A model generated the notes under the pieces. It was not told where the DNA came from. It saw only the letters and a list, made by a program, of their open reading frames with translations, and searched no databases. The translations under genes were made by a program, and so were the position numbers. Positions 62,432-64,000 of a stretch of DNA of 64,000 bases are shown here, in pieces. The first letter of the stretch is position 1; every line of letters starts with the position of its first letter. The DNA is from Raillietiella orientalis (taxonomy: Eukaryota): assembly GCA_036172245.1 (NCBI GenBank), contig JAYWIR010000024.1, positions 1,736,001-1,800,000 of the forward strand, written 5' to 3'.

Positions 62432-63061
62432 TTACCACCCGGTTGCACGGGAACGTTTATTCCAAAAAACGAACAAACCATTTGGGAACTCGGTTCCCAG
62501 AGAATGGAAAAGAAGTTCGATGGGGAAGGCGGCCCGACGCGCAGGTCAGGCACATTGAAAGTCCTCAACGTGAGAGAGGCAACCACAAATAGATATAAAA
62601 AATATGAAAAAAGATATGGAGCGAGTAGAGGACAGGGGTCTTTGGCTTTGGCCGTTCCATCGTTTCAGAGCTGGAGCTGAATACCCGGCTACCTCCTTCC
62701 TTGTTTCTTCCTTGAGGTGAGGCCACCTAGCAGCCGTCCTCGTGTTGGCACCTGCAATGCGGGTGACCTCCCTTCGTTCTGCTTGCGTCTCCAACACGTT
62801 TCGGGCCATGGCGATGGCGTAGATGCATCTAATCGTTGCGATATCCACGCCTAGCGAGAGGCTGCCACGCGTGAAGAACCACCGCATCACGTCGACGGCG
62901 GTGCCCTCCAGGTGCAGGAGCACTGAAGTCACCGCCCTTGGAGGGCACCGCAGCTCAGTAGAAGGTGCGGGAGCGATTCCACCGCTCCGTGCCTTCTACA
63001 GTTCGATGAGGCAACTCCCCCGGAAACCATGTGCGTGAGCCGATTGCAATGGGGACCCCTC
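62432..63061 (-). mobile_element. Nested subfamily B LINE 3' fragment
   Basis: TRTAARWPHLKEETRKEVAG; TSD TCCCCTTC(T/G)CTGC at 62419-62431 and 63062-63074. Confidence 0.8.
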
Positions 63062-64000
63062 TCCCCTTCGCTGCCGAAGTGGACCTCGACGGTCTGCGTG
63101 CCGGCACTTGGAAGGTTCAGTGGGTCTTTTCTTTTTAGCACGTGGCAGGACCACGTGTTCTGCCACAAAAAACGTGGTTTTATTATTATTACTTTTCATG
63201 GTGAATGCCCCAGCGAAACCAGGTGAAAACCCAGTATCACTGAGATGCCACCGGTTGGGTTCGTGGGAGGCCGTTGCGAAACCCATCCAGCGGCTAAAAA
63301 TGCCTGATCCCACCGAGCGGGAATTCTAGAGGTTTTGTAAACCAACGGCCTCCGAAGTTCACGGGTTTCTCATGGCTGCCAAGAAACTTCCCAAGCATGG
63401 ACGTCGTAAACAGTCTGAAGCAGTGGAACTCCGGATGTTTCGTCCGCCCCCCCGTTTCCATCTTGGCGCATGTGGCGTTGATAAAGCATCGCACTGTTCA
63501 TAGAAGATTGTGTAGAGAGGCGAACTCCTTATCTTCTTATTAAAATATTTTGATGTTTAAATTGTGGTTGCCGTAGGTGCAGCGGCAACTCGTTTGAGTA
63601 TTCCACTGCAAGTCACAGGCTTTTCCAACGTTCTCTTTTCACTGTAGCGGTAATGAGATGTTTGTAGGTGCGGCGCTCTCCTTCCAAACGTGTCGAACAC
63701 GTGCAAAAGTGGCTTCGTAACACAAATGTCACGTGGCCAACAATCCATTCTATTTGTGTGCTATGGAATCCCAAGATGAAGAGACGTCACGTATGTTGTA
63801 CGTGTTCTGTGCTATAGTGGGCATCAACACCTCGTGCTATGTTAAACTATTAGGTGTGTATTGTATTATTTTTATCTATTCTTTCATTCAATGTAATAAT
63901 AGTAATAGCCAATTCCCAAATATTAGAATGATGAGATTTTAGGGGGGGGGGGAGGGAAAATCGCGGATTTTCGAAGGCGGGATTCCATCGACTCCTGTTG

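Larger units (their letters stand above)
60861..63229 (+). mobile_element. Subfamily A LINE 3' fragment in three pieces (60861-61277, 62302-62431, 63075-63229)
   Basis: ORF2 end, GTGATCCCTT, 3' UTR and a degenerate terminus are collinear once the two inserts are removed. Confidence 0.75.

Noticed and set aside
1..64000. CRISPR array, retron or other prokaryotic system
   Set aside because: No regularly spaced repeats or operons; spliceosomal introns and LINE-type RT/APE indicate animal DNA, and the recurring terminal motif is irregularly spaced on both strands

Overview
This is animal genomic DNA, not prokaryotic. An AT-rich core (~30.2-48.3 kb) carries one confidently identifiable spliced gene, TIMM29/Tim29 (three coding exons, 40355-42292, + strand, 168 aa), some uncertain exon-like segments and a fold-back microsatellite. 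Both flanks (1-28 kb and 48.3-63.2 kb) are GC-rich and made almost entirely of decayed L1/Tx1-type non-LTR retrotransposons (CCHC-knuckle ORF1; APE endonuclease, RT with YADD and zf-RVT in ORF2) plus a ~0.5 kb tRNA-headed SINE. No element is intact. The right block resolves by eye into nested insertions with 8-13 bp target-site duplications (TSDs). The most notable signals are: (i) two LINE copies inserted at the same nucleotide of the SINE, leaving a triplicated TSD; (ii) a conserved AATAAA + GC stem-loop 3' terminus with no real poly(A), seen in about 12 copies and echoed in a more distant family; (iii) a twin-priming-like 5' inversion with 7-bp microhomology inside an 8.4 kb TSD-bounded element; (iv) several perfect hairpins with tiny loops. 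All calls come from manual reading with no database searches. Boundaries of old fragments are approximate, and the labels A, B and C are my own working subfamily names.
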